The position numbers and the translations under genes are program-made. This document shows positions 40,391 through 55,064 of a stretch of DNA of 64,000 nucleotides, piece after piece. How positions within the stretch are numbered: the first letter of the stretch is position 1; every line of letters starts with the position of its first letter. The notes under the pieces were generated by a model. That model searched no databases. It saw only the letters and a list, made by a program, of their open reading frames with translations, and was not told the origin of the DNA. Origin of the DNA: the human T2T-CHM13v2.0 reference genome, Homo sapiens; assembly GCF_009914755.1 (NCBI RefSeq), contig NC_060937.1; one strand, given 5' to 3'.

Positions 40391-41762
40391 ATAACACAAT
40401 TACCTAGAAGCATGAAAAAAGTAATAAAAGTTTTTGCTTCAAAGTTAATAAAAATTTCTAATGAAAGTTTATATTTTTTATCATTATAAACACTAAAAAT
40501 TAGAACCAAAATGATTTGCTCTACATTACTGCGGCTGTACATGCAAAACATTCACTTATTATACAAGTGATTGCCAGGCTGTGGAGAGGGCACATGCTGA
40601 ACACGTGTCTCACTCTGCCTGACGTTTAATTGAGTCTGGCACATGTGTGCTCTAGTAACGTACTCAACTGTGCAATTTTATGTGAGTGGACATCTGCAGA
40701 CATGAATTTGAAAACAACTAGTACAAAGTGACAACCTTTCTACCCAATGGTATATAATAAAAAGAGCGATAACAGGAAGCTGCAGCAACTACCATCTCTT
40801 GAGGTTTTATTACATTACAGGCATTGTGCTAAGTTCTTGCATTCACCATCTCAAGGATCTCATTTATAGGAATTTTAAACACATCAGCAGAGATGGTCAG
40901 ATGTGTGTGCGGTCTGCCCCCAAATAAGATAATCTGATAGAACAAATTGACACAGTTATAGGCTCCAAGTTTGTAAAAATATTAGTAGGAAACTCTTTTA
41001 TATGTGATTTTGATATAACTGCAATTTTTAAAAAATTAAAATTCATTAAAATGATCCCCAAACACTTCTATAAGACCTAGACATCTATAGGTACCATTTT
41101 AAAAAGCACATTGAGGCTAATTTTCTGACACCAACTCTAATTCTCATTCTGAGAGTTTATAGTTGACAAAGTCCTTTGTTAGGCCACAATAAGAGTTAAT
41201 AAGCTTGGAGCTATGAATGCATTTCCTGGATTAAGACTCCTTTCCAGTACAACTATTGTCTTCATGACTAGTATTTCTCACATGTAAATTTCTTGATACT
41301 TTTTATTGTGCCTCTTATAAATCCTATTATATTAAATCTTCTTTAATAGTTTGATTACTGAAACTCTAAATTCCAAACTCTTATTTAAATTGAAATAACT
41401 GATTATTAAAGAACCAACAGATACATGTGAATCTAACTGTGCTAAATCACAACATCCATACTCTCCTACTTAAGGTGAATCTGTCATTTCAGACACAGTC
41501 ACGGTGCGTCATGATAGTGAAAACACAAACCACATGACCAAATGACAAAGGACAACTGGTGGTCCCAAGAAGTTATATTTACACAGGAGGGCTCAGGTTT
41601 TTCAAGTATGTTGATAAATCGCTAACTCATTCCATCACAGATTGAATAGGACCTAAGACATAATTTAGTCCAAACTCCTTGTTTTCTGGTTGCAGGAAAA
41701 AAAAATCCACAAAGGTGAGGCAACACTTCCAGGTCCACTACTTGGCAGTGAGGGGGTTATCA

Positions 41763-42137
<375 letters not shown>

Positions 42138-44156
42138 GTTACGAATACATAATTATACATACCTGTGGGTATAGTTTAGTACAGAAAACATTTAACTTTT
42201 CTATGTGGAATCCTGACTTTATATATATTACAGTTGAAACACAGTTCAACCCTGCCTGTTATCTGACAATATTCAATATATTTAAAGGATGACTTTGAAA
42301 GTAGCCTTAAGTTCCCCTTCTCCTGATGAAGTAATTTCAAAAACTTAACCCTTCCCAGCTGTCAGTGTGTCATTCTGATCTTTTCACCATCTTCAATTAC
42401 CCTATATTCTTTCTTTAAAGAATATTTTCCAGAGTGCAAAGATCATGAAGGGATGTTTAAATTAACCTGTCCCTATGCAAGGTTCAACTTCTTTGTAAAT
42501 AGCCCACAAAATAAAGAAGCCATTACATTAACAAATGGATCAGATTGCTTATGTTCTCTGTGCTCTGCACCACATGGGATATCTGACCCTAGTCTTAAAA
42601 TGAAACAAGGAGTACAGACGCGTCTTTGTGCTCCTGTCTCCTAGATAGAGCCAGGTTATTACTGTTCCACTCTATCTCTTTATGACTGGTTTCAAAATCA
42701 ACAAAGTCTGGATTTTACAAGCATGAGATTTGCTAAAAAGAAAGTTTTCATGATTTTTTCTGCACAGAATTGGGACGACATATGAGACAATCTTGAATCT
42801 TATTTTTCCCCATGATAAAGATGGCTCTGCCTGATCCACGCAGACCTTCCACACTGACTGCTGATTTTTGGCATGTATTGAATGCTCAATAAATGTAAGC
42901 TTCTCCCATGAAAGAGAGCAGAAATTACTGTAATGCACAAAAAAATTTAAATTCACTGGAAATTCTCTTTGAATACAAACACCCTAGGTATAATGGACAC
43001 CAAAGGAAATGCCTCTTGTCATGTTAAGGATGATATTCTCTACCTGTCTCCTCCACAAACCTAGCTTGGTATCTTACATATGGCAAATGTTCAATACACA
43101 CTGAATAAATGAAATATGAGAATGAAGTATGAGAATTTCCTTCTGGTGTCAGTGATGCCATTTTATAGAACAATGCAAACGCATTCACTGGAAGTTACAT
43201 GGTAGGAATCTGGATAAATCAGTAATGTTTATCTGCAATTTTGATTTTATGATCCTAGTTTTATGCAATATAAACAATTAACTAAATAATACCTGGGCAC
43301 TTTACAAGTACAGAAATCTGAAAAGCACTTAAGAAACTCTTGTTTTTCCAAATGATAAGAGACGGAAGGTTAGAGAGCTATAAAATATGGAGACAGGACT
43401 GTTACAAAAGAAAAGCTCCTTGTTTTCTACTCGGGACAAACCAAGACTCAACATAAACTTTGGGTTTACAATTTACAAGTATTTATTCATAAATATTTTT
43501 AGAATCTAACAGATCAGATGAAGGAAGGAGAACTTTTAAAGTTCATATGGATAAGAAGATAAAGATGATGTACCTAGAATAAATAGTAAACAGAGAGGAG
43601 GAGATAAAAATAACTCTGGCATATACTGGGCTTTTAATAAGTATATTTTGAATGGGTCAAACTTCATAAATTGATGCCTACATCAATCTATCCAGATAAT
43701 TATCAGATAAGCAAGCTTATTTTACAGACATACACAAAAACATGTTGTAATTAGGGAGTCTTCTCAAACGCAATTATTGGAGGAACTGTCTAAAATTTTC
43801 TCTTCATTCCAATCGATCTCTAGTGTACAGAAATGACCTTCACTCCTCTGACTGTCATTCTTATTTTTCTCATCTCCCTTACACATTTCTACATTTGCCT
43901 CCCCATGAATCTTAGGTTCCTACTCCGTTAGCACTGACAATTCCTTCCTATTAACCTGCTATATATCCTGGCTTGTTTGTCCTTTTCATAACTAAACTAG
44001 ATCTGTACTATCTCTAGTTCACTTTTTTTCCCTCAACTAAACAGGCTTCTCACATTTTATTCTTCTGGAACCTCAGAAAGATGGAACCCATTTTCGTGGT
44101 GCTTCTCTAAGCTTTCTCCCTCTCTCCCTGTCTGTCTCTTTCTCCCTGCCCCTGTG

Positions 44157-44157
<1 letters not shown>

Positions 44158-44208
<51 letters not shown>
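44158..44208. repeat. (TG)25 microsatellite
   Basis: Seen directly. Confidence 0.97.
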
Positions 44209-44212
<4 letters not shown>

Positions 44213-44329
44213 AAATCTTCTTCCTTCATCTGTCTCCTTACTGCAGGCCTTCCTCCCAAACTGGGTCCTTGATATCTGTTCCTGTGAATTGAACAAATCT
44301 TATAGAAAACTCTTTGGTAGTTTATTCTA

Positions 44330-44835
44330 AAGATAAACACGCATCTACCTTTGAGCTAGCAATCCCCTTCTTCAGTATTTACCTAAGAGAAATAAAAACA
44401 TATGTCCACAGAAAAGTTGCACACACAGACCTTCATCTAGCCTTATAATAGTCTCAAACTAAAAACAATCCAAATGTCCATCAAGAAGTGAATAGGTAAA
44501 TTATGTTATACCCACACAATGGAATACTATTTAGCAATGCAACAACATGCAAGAATCTCAAAAACATTATGCAATGAAAGAAGGCTGAAAAAAAAGAACA
44601 CGATTCCATACATGAAGATCTAGAACTAACTGGTGGTAAAAGGCATCAGAAAGTGGCTGTCTAGGGGTTTGGAGGAAGCAGTGCATTTATTGGACAGGGA
44701 CACAAGGCCTTTCTGGGTGATGGAAATGTTCAGATCTTACATGAGAGTATACAATTGTTAAATTCTTTGAACTGCACCTTTAAAATAAGTGTTTTATTGT
44801 ATGTAAAAAATACCTCAAAAAATAAAAATAAAATA
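44330..44835 (+). mobile_element. L1ME/MC-type 3' fragment
   Basis: agcaatcccc...tttacctaagagaaataaaaacatatgtccaca...caaatgtccatcaa. Confidence 0.75.
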
Positions 44836-45147
44836 ACCTCAGGGATCGTCCTTCTGCCACTGACTTCCTGTCTATATTTCCCATCCTTCCTGATCAGTTC
44901 CAGTTCTAGATCTCCAAATACCAACAGAAGAGCTCCACTTGGATGTTTCATTATTGTATCAAACTCCTTCACTCACCTCTCTTAGCTACATTATTCAGTT
45001 CAAAGGCATAGCCATTCCTTCTTTCTTCATCTTATTCTTTAGAGTTTAGTTATCACCAAAACTATCAATTCTTCCTTTAAATACAAATCATAAATCTTTT
45101 CCCTTCAAGACAGAATGCAGTAAAGAGCAATCTTAACATGTAGGGGA

Positions 45148-45456
<309 letters not shown>

Positions 45457-45810
45457 TTACATTTTTTAATCCTAAACTTAGAGTTATTGTTATCGTTACT
45501 TGCTCAAAACCCGCCACTAGAGGCCTGGTCCAGGCCCAGAGTCAATCACATCTGAACTACTTCAATAACTTCCGACACATTCTTCTTCCTGATTGTTTTT
45601 TGGCGTTTAACCAATTTATTACTCATTTTCATGACTAATAATTTACCATATAATCCCTTTAAACCATTATATTGATTTCTAATATGCAGCAAGATGTATG
45701 AAACCCCAAATTTGTTTCAAAGCAGAAGCCAACCAGAAAGCGTGGGTAAAAATGTGGGGCTAAAACAACCAATGCTACATCTCTTACCAAAGAAATTATT
45801 TTTGAGCTGA

Positions 45811-47086
45811 CAGAAACGAGCAATGGGGAAAAGACACCCTATTCAATGAATGGTGCTGGGAAAACTGGCCAGCCATATGTAGAAGAGTGAAGCTTGACCC
45901 CTTCCTTACACCATATACAAAAATTAACTGAAGATGGATTAAAGACTTAAATGTAAAGCCCCAAACTATAAAAACCTTGAAAGACAACCTAGGCAATACC
46001 AACCTGGACATAGGAATAAGCAAAGATTTAATGACAAAGACACCAAAAGCAATTGCAACAAAAGCAAAAATTGACAAGTGGGATTTAATTAAACCTAAGA
46101 GCTTCTGCACAGCAAAAGACCATCGATGGAGTAAAAAAACAACCTACAGAATGGGAGAAAATATTTGCAAACTATACATCTGACGAAAGTCTAATATCCA
46201 ACATCTATAAGGAACTTAAATTTACAAGAGAAAACCAAACAATCCCATTAAAATGTGGGCAAAGGACATGAACAGACACTTCTCAAAAGAATAGATAATG
46301 TCACCAGCAAACATATTGAAAAAAAGTTCAATATCACTGATCATTAGAGAAATGGAAATCAAAACCACAATGAGGAGCATCTCCCACCAGTCAGAATGGC
46401 AATCATTAAAAAGTCAAAAAACAGATGCTGGTGAGTTTGCAGAGAAAAGGAACATTTTTTGCACTGTTGGTAGGAGTGTAAAATGGCTCAACCATTGTGG
46501 AAAGCAGTGTGGCCATTCCTCAAAGAGTTAAAAGCAGAACTACCATTGGATCCAGTAATCCCATTACTGGGTGTATACCGAGAGGAATATAAATCATTCT
46601 ACCATAAAGACACCTGCATGTGAATGTTCACTGTAGCACTATTCACAATAGCAAAGACATGGACTCAACCTAAATGTCCATCAGTGACAGACTGGATAAA
46701 GAAAACGTGGCACATATACCCCATGGAATACTATGCAGCCATAAAAAGAGCAAGATCCCGTCTTTTGCAGCACATGGATGGAGTTGGAGGTCATTATTCC
46801 CAGCAAACTAATATGGAAACAGAATACCAAATAATGCATCTTCTCACTTACATGTGGGAGCAAAATGAAGAGAACTTACGAACACAAAGAAGGAAGCAGA
46901 CACTGGGGTCTACCTGAAGGTGATGAAAGGGAGGAGGGAGAAGAGCAAAAAAGATAACTATTGGGTACTGGGCTTAATTCCTGGGTGATGAAATAATCTG
47001 CACAACGAACCACCATGGCATGAGTTTACCTATGTAACAAACCTTCACATGTACCCTGGAACCTAAAATAAAAAGAAATGAAAAAA
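45811..47086 (+). mobile_element. 5'-truncated L1PA-type element (ORF2 C-terminus, frameshifted, plus 3'UTR)
   Basis: Peptides [24 protein letters not shown] and MFTVALFTIAKTWTQPKCPS are L1 ORF2 C-terminal motifs; L1 3' end with A-tail. Confidence 0.95.
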
Positions 47087-50000
47087 TATATATATATTTT
47101 TAAAAATCAGACTAATTTTTGTATGTAAAAGGATTACATATAATATTTTAATTCAATAACTATGTGGGCTTTCACAAACAATTTCCAATTTTACTGGCTA
47201 CTCTCTCATTATAAAATCTTCACTGGTTTGCTGACTTAACTTGGATAATAAGTCTCATAAAACATTTAGTGAAAAATTAATATTTTCACCCTACAATGTA
47301 ATGTACCCAATAAAAGATGACAGAAGGATATTTTAACCTTTTGATTAAAGAAGTCATTTGTTTTTCCCAATCAATTTTCTGATTTGCATTTTCCTATTAT
47401 ATATTAGAAAAAGTGTCTCTTACTGTGCAATTTAAAATTAGTTTTATATTTGCCTCAGAAAATGGGTACTTCAACTACAAGATCAATTTCATCTTCTGTG
47501 TCACTTGTAATAGTGCTTACATATACAAAACACAATAGAGAATGGATGCAGAATTGAAGACCGCAACACTTTCTGCTGAAAGGTCATGAAATTTTAGCTC
47601 AAAGATTTTATTTCCAATTATTTAGATAATAGTTTCAATTTTATATTTTATTTGTGTTTTGTCACTATCGTAGCCCATAGCTATGTAATTCCAGAAATCA
47701 GGGGGAAAGACACAATAGCTGATTATATTTTTTGTCATTTTCTACAAAATGAGAGGTTAATCAATGTTAATTTGAGTTTATAGACTGAACATAACTATGT
47801 TTCACAGATTTTGTTTATTCTCCTAGAATAAGCCTTTTGTCAAGCTCTGTATTTCAGAAACACTACTCTATTATACTTGGCAAAACAAAACGGCATTCCT
47901 GAGAGTGAAACCCTAGTAATAAGGATTTACATTATGAAATTAAGACAAAACAAATGTAGCTGTTACGGATTTTAAAAGTTAGGTCACTACATGAGTCTAG
48001 TGGGAAGAAGTTATGAGAACCACCAGAATCATCTAGAAATTTTTATAAGAGAACATGACTAAAATTAGCTAAAACTTAGGAATTAGATTAGAAAAACAGA
48101 TACATCCATTCATTTGAATTGCTTCTATAAGCAACAGTGTTTCTTTTCTAAAATATTAATACAGTAATCATCACTCTCCTAAAGCTCTCCTTCTGCTAGG
48201 AGGAAAATATTTCCTCACCCTACTGATGTTGGGCTTAGTCATGTGATTTCATTCACATTAATTAAGATGCAGAATTTTATCTAGAAATATTACATGACTT
48301 AGTCTAACATTAAAAATTAGGTTGACAAAATAATCATTTTACCTAAGAATATCTAGTTACTTTTAAATTAGAGTTAAAGCATTAAAATAATGCATCCAGT
48401 TTTCTGTATTACATTTGTTTTTCCATAAGTACAGATAAAATAATATTAATGATATATCAGATAGTTTTAAAACTAAACACTGGCAGGATTCTATTTTATT
48501 ATATAAGTAAAAGTTTAGAATTCCTTTCTCCACACCAGTAATTTTGCAGAAAACTAATCAGGAATATTCTGAAAATATGTTGGCACTCTTATTTCTATTA
48601 ACTGCATATGGTTTGGGATTCAACTTTTAGAATAAGCCACGATGCATGATGCATTAGATTTTAACCAGCTGACGACCCTTGGCTATGTGATTGTAAAGGA
48701 GATGGCAAAATATCATTGAAGATGGCCATGTAAAACATCAATGAGATAAGATTCACTCTTACCCAAGATTTTTCTATCTATATCAGATTTTTCTATACAG
48801 CAGCAGGCTATTCCTGAGAATGTGTCCTTCACTTTTTTACTTTCATTTGATGCGGGTAAGTAAATGTATTCAATGAGTTTCAAGTGTGTGAAGAAAGTGA
48901 TATAAAGTAAGGGAAAATTATGGCACAATGGCTGTAACTCCTGGAAAGTAATGAAAAGACAGAATGTCTCGAGCATTTGACTGGAAATAGAAGAGACTGC
49001 ATCCTGGTGAACTGAGTTAATTTCAAATATATTACTCTATGGTTTTCTATCATGTGTACTCTCACTGGCTATATTAATAAATGAAATAGTGATGAATGGT
49101 TCTGGGAACTTGTAGTGAAACTTATTAATATTTCAACATTATCACCGAGTATCTATGTCAACACACATCAAAAATGCATGAGAAATGACTACCTACACTC
49201 ACTAGTTACACCCATTAGAAAAATATCTATGAGAAGTATAAATGACACACATAAATTTGCAATGTGATTATAGGTAGAACATACAGCAAGAAAAAAGCTA
49301 CAGGAAGATATCACGTGGTGAAGTATGTGAAACAAATGAAAGCAAATTAATTCTTGCAATCGGTTTGGAATACACTGTATGACCACATTAAATACCATTA
49401 GATTTGAAATTATGAGTTCTTAGAAATTACTAACACTAAAAAAATTCAACATAATTTAAAAGTAGGAAAAATAAATAGCCACTATCAAACTGTAAGTGGC
49501 TCATCAGTTCTATCCATGGTGTAATTTTGGAATCCCCTACTTAAAAAACAAAAGTAAAAACAAAACCTTTAGTTTTCAAAAGTTTGTTCTACTTTTTAAA
49601 TTGATGACCAAGAGGTAATAAATTCACATTAGAATGAGGCATGGCCGTTTAAACAATAAATCAACACTTAACCCAATAGTTTCCAAGTTGTTAGGTAGGC
49701 TTAAAAAAAAAAGTCTGTTTATACCTATATCAGAAGACATTCGATTTAGTTGGGGGGTGTCTGTCAAATTGATTGTTTAGCATTATGCGTAGAGTATAAA
49801 ATGTCAACCATAGAAATGGAGACAGAAATCACTTTCAAAATAGCAACATCTGTGTAGTAGCTTTCATACACATCTTTTAATGATCAAGAAGATTCATGCA
49901 CAAAAAATTATCAGGATAAATTGTCACTTGGAACTAAAGTTGCATCAATTTTTAGGGAAAAAAGTACTTAATGGCTGCTAGAAGATATTAGTCATATATT

Positions 50001-50099
50001 AAAACTTTCCAGTGTAATAGTTATTTTTGACTCATCAGGAGATATTTATTTAATACATTACTGAAGAGAAAAATAAGATGTTCTTCAAAAAATCACCTT

Positions 50100-50495
50100 T
50101 TAGTTTTAATTTTTATTATCTTATTTTTATAATTTCAATCTTTATTTCAGATTTAGGGGCAACAATGTGCAGATTTGTTACCTGGGTATACTGTGTGATG
50201 CTGAGGTTTGGGGTACAATTGATCCCATCGTCACCCAAGTACTAAGCATAGTACCCAAGAGTTAATTTTCCAACCCTTGCCCTCCCTCCCCCTCTAGTAG
50301 TTCCCAGTGTCTACTGTTGCCATCTTTATGTCCATGAGTACCCACTATGTAGCACCCACTTATAAGTGAGAACATGTGGTATTTGGTTTTCTGTTCCTGG
50401 GTTAATTGGCTTAGGATAATGGCCTCCAGCTGCATCCACGTTGCTGCAGCAGACACAATTTCATTCTTTTTTATGGCTCCATAATATTCCATGGG
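50100..50495 (-). mobile_element. L1PA/PB-type 3' fragment
   Basis: Antisense peptide MEYYGAIKKNEIVS...WMQLEAIILS matches the end of L1 ORF2. Confidence 0.9.
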
Positions 50496-50974
50496 ATATA
50501 CAGGTATGTACCAGGATAAAACTCACTTTGAAAGAATAAACTGATTCAAACACAAATTGGTATGATAACCAATAGTAACATGTACACTAATATGGACATT
50601 TTATCATTTTTGGTAAACAATTAAACAGAACAAATACCTATATATGTATATAACTAGATTTCAAGAACCTATGCCTAAAAGAAGTACAAAGCAGACAAAG
50701 GTTTTGAAAGAAAAATTTGCTCTGCATGGTTTTTTGTTTGTTTGTTTTTGGTTAGACAAGTATTTACAGATTCCCTTAGAAAAACAGAATTTTTATAACA
50801 GCAAGAGAAAGCATGAGTAGATAAAGAGATTCAGTTCTGACTTCTCCCTAGGGATTTGATGCTAGACTATTCAGTTGGCCTCTATGAAGTTCAGTTTCTT
50901 CTGTAAGTTTTAAGGAATTATAATGAATCTTCTTCAGTTGGTCAGTGAAATTGTTCATTTACTCTTTGCGAGAA

Positions 50975-51360
50975 GCCCCTGCCTCAGGGCCTCTGCACTT
51001 GTTATTCCTTCTGCCTGGAATGCTCTTCCTTTAGCTGTCCATGTGGTTTGACCTCCTACCCTTTCAAGTCTCCTAAAATGTAATCTTACCAGAGTTCTTC
51101 CCCAAACACCTCACATGAAATAGTAAACCCTGCCTACCACCTTCCACACTGCCCAGTCCCCACATCCTTCTTGCTTCACCACCACAGCACTTACCTTCTC
51201 CAGGGACAGAAGAATCATATGCTTATTATAGAATCATATGCTTATTGTCTCTCTCCTCCCACCCCCTCCACTAGAATATTAAGCACCATGAGATCAGTGA
51301 TTTTTGTCTATTTTATCCAATGCTTTTCTAGTGTTTAAAACCAGTGTCTGATGGATACAG
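50975..51360 (+). mobile_element. L2 3' remnant
   Basis: cctcagggcctctgcacttgttattccttctgcctggaatgctcttcc. Confidence 0.8.
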
Positions 51361-51432
51361 TGCTAGCTCTGGAGACACAAAGAAGGCTAGGACATGTTAT
51401 CTGTCCTCTGAGCAGCACAACATACTGCAGAG

Positions 51433-51433
<1 letters not shown>

Positions 51434-51473
<40 letters not shown>
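51434..51473. repeat. (CA)n microsatellite (about 20 units)
   Basis: Seen directly. Confidence 0.95.
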
Positions 51474-51476
<3 letters not shown>

Positions 51477-51489
51477 TGTACCATAAATT

Positions 51490-51600
51490 CCTGTGCCCAA
51501 TTGTGGAGGTTGTGGACACCTAAGTAACACTAGTCATATCCATGATGATGTAAATGGCACACTTTGGGGTGTACAGTCCTCAATCTGTATAACCATACCC
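51490..51600. mobile_element. MER91-like fragment
   Basis: ttgtggaggttgtg...atgtaaatggcac...gtgtacag resembles MER91. Confidence 0.4.
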
Positions 51601-52994
51601 AGTTTCCTTAAGACGAATATCTGTAGGACATGAAGTTGATCATACCATTTCCACTTAAAACCCACTGGTGGGTTGGGTTCATATTGTCTAAAGAATAAAC
51701 TCATCCTTCCTGATCCAATCCTGACCTACCTCTCCAAGCAGCTGCATCTCCCATCTCACCTCCTCACTCACTTGTGCACCAGTCATTATGACCTTATACA
51801 CTCTTCCACATGCCAATGCTCTTACCTGTTCCACTCGGAGTTACATGTCATCCTCTCTGTTCTCATGGTAGCACTTAATGCTTTTATCCCATTAGACTTT
51901 AGTTCATCCCATAAAGTTTGACTCTGAGCTCCTCAGGGTCAGAACTATGAGTCATTCATTCTGTATCTCCAGCATGTAACAAGGAGTTGAATAAATGAAT
52001 TAATCACTCTTTGAAAGAATATATGACTTAATGTTGGCAATTCATGAAACAATTCAAGTATTAAATAATCAGCCAAACTTCATTATACTTTTTTTTTTAA
52101 TTGAAGAGGGACCATCACTGTCCCACCACAGCAGATAAAAAGGAATATGTATGGGCATATGGTCTCCATCTGGCTCCTAAATACCCACAGACTGAGTTAC
52201 TAAGGGATCACTATTTTTAATTTTTTGAAGCTTAGAAGGCTGGTGGGCTGATAATGGCAAAGCATATACTTTAGGTTTTATCTACAGTCATTCACAGTCA
52301 ATCAAAGCTTTTTCTGACCTCCTTCAAAAAAGAGCAATCTAACAGCATTTATCTCCCCTGGCAAGAATGAATGGCTCCCTGATTTGCCCATCAGCAGCAC
52401 CACAACAGGCATGATATTTAGTCACTAACAGAGAGCTGACTTCCACCTAAATATCTGAGTCAAAGAATATTTCTTTGGTAGTCTCTGAAGTGAGGATTTA
52501 AAGGTGTCCCAAACCTACTAGTCTTGTTAAATAAAAACGAAGCATCTTTTAATGTGCCAGGATTATGGGAAGCATCTAAGAGCAAAATTGAAATAATTTA
52601 ACACTGAAATTAGAAACCAAATACATGAGCTTTCTTGGGCTTTTTCTCAGAACACAATCAATGCAGCTGACTTAATTCTTGTCAGCAGAGAAGAGACATG
52701 GCCCAAACATTCTCAAGTTTTTCCATCAAAGGGTGCAAAATAAGTTGACTCAGTGCCCTTTTAACTCTCAGACAACTTTTTCCCAAGATTTTCTTTGAAT
52801 ATTAGTAATAGTAAAGTTTATCCAAAAACACTCTACTATTTTACATCTTATTTATTTACATTTCAATGTAATGTTGAGATTAACAGCTGAATTTTTTTTA
52901 TGTATCAGAGAATGTATTTAATATAATTATTTCTCCCTAAACCAAATTATATTAAAATAACAATGGATTTGAAGATTAGAAGTTTTAAAATTAA

Positions 52995-53262
52995 TGCTGG
53001 ATGTGGTGGCTCATGCCTACAATCCCAACATTTTGGGACACCGAGGCAGGGGGGTCACTTGAGCCCAGGAGTTCAACATCAGCCTGAGCAATATGGCAAA
53101 ATTCTGTCTACTAAATATACAAAAATTAGCTGGCCTCACGGCACACACTTGTAGTCTCAGCTACTTGAAGTCTAAGGTGGGAGAAATGCTTGAGCCCAAG
53201 AGGTTGCAGTGATCTGAGATCATGCCACTGCACTCTAACCTGGGCAACAGAGGCACTGTCAG
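52995..53262 (+). mobile_element. AluJ whose tail is a GA-rich microsatellite
   Basis: Diverged Alu ending gcactgtcaga, running directly into GGGA/GGAA repeats. Confidence 0.9.
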
Positions 53263-53268
53263 AAGGAA

Positions 53269-53376
53269 GGGAGGGAGGGAGGGAGGGAGGGAGGGAGGGA
53301 GGGAGGGAGGAAGGAAGGAAGGAAGGAAGGAAGGAAGGAAGGAAGGAAGGAAGGAAGGAAGGAAGGAAGGAAGGAA
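53269..53376. repeat. (GGGA)10(GGAA)17 polypurine microsatellite
   Basis: Units counted directly. Confidence 0.97.
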
Positions 53377-53461
53377 GGGGAAAAGATTGCAATTGTTTCA
53401 CACAAGTTTTATGCGTATTGGAGTCCAAAGCTAAAAAATTCTGCTAATTTAATATAGCTGA

Positions 53462-53765
<304 letters not shown>

Positions 53766-53767
53766 GT

Positions 53768-54064
53768 TTTTTTTTCTTTCTTTTTTTTTTTTTTGAGATA
53801 AAGTCTCGCTCTTGTTGCCCAGGCTGGAGTGCATGATGTTGGCTCACTGAAACCTCCGCCTCCCGGGTCCAAGCAATTCTGCCTCAGCCCCCTGAGTTGC
53901 TGGGATTACAGGCACCTGCCACCACGCTCGGCTAATTTTTCTATATTTAGTAGAGATGGGATTTCACCACGTTGGCCAGGCTGGTTTCAAACTCCTGACC
54001 TCAGATCCACCCGCCTCGGCCTCCCAAAGTGCTGGGAATACAGGCGTGAGCCACCGTGCCCAAC
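53768..54064 (-). mobile_element. AluS (Sq/Sg-like)
   Basis: Antisense full Alu directly abutting the previous one. Confidence 0.93.
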
Positions 54065-54193
54065 TTTTCTTCTTTTTTTGAGGAGAGGTCCCACTATGTT
54101 GCATAGGCTGGTCTTGAACTCCTGGGCTCAATTGATTCTCCTGTCTCAGCCTCGAGTAGCTGGAAATACAGGTGTGCACCACAGCACCCAGCT
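54065..54193 (-). mobile_element. FLAM/Alu monomer
   Basis: Single antisense arm ctatgttgcataggctggtcttgaactcctgggctcaa. Confidence 0.8.
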
Positions 54194-54314
54194 GCTTTAG
54201 AGATTTTAAAGCCACAACATGAAAACAGAGGAAGGGAGCTTCCCCTTCATAAAGGAATGTAGGTTTGCAGTCAGACAACCTTGGGATTGAATATGAACTT
54301 GCAAAAAAACAAAC

Positions 54315-54345
<31 letters not shown>

Positions 54346-54690
54346 TTCTGAGACCTCTGGGGAGAGAATAAACCTCTCCAGGCCTCCGCTTCTTTATCTG
54401 TAGGATACAGACAGTATCATGGGGCAAATTAAATGAAAATTACATGAGTTTTCATAGAATCTGCCAAAAAGTTGCCTCTTAGTAACAGTTCTTGTTTTCC
54501 CTTTATTACTCATCTCTTCTACTATTCTCTAGTGTGATTTAAAAGACCTTAACACCATCAAACATGAGGAGATTAACAAAAACAGGAGGGGTGCAAGGAG
54601 TTTAAAACAAGAAAAATAAATAACAAAAAAAAACCCTTAGATTCTAACTTTCTTTGATTGTTAAATACAGTTTTCTAAATTAAGAATTAT

Positions 54691-55064
<374 letters not shown>

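Noticed and set aside
45796-46917. Cluster of ORFs resembling a gene
   Set aside because: Frameshifted L1 ORF2 C-terminal remnants of a 5'-truncated element.
53126-53447. Repetitive peptides (EGRK)n and (PSFL)n
   Set aside because: Translation of the GGGA/GGAA microsatellite.
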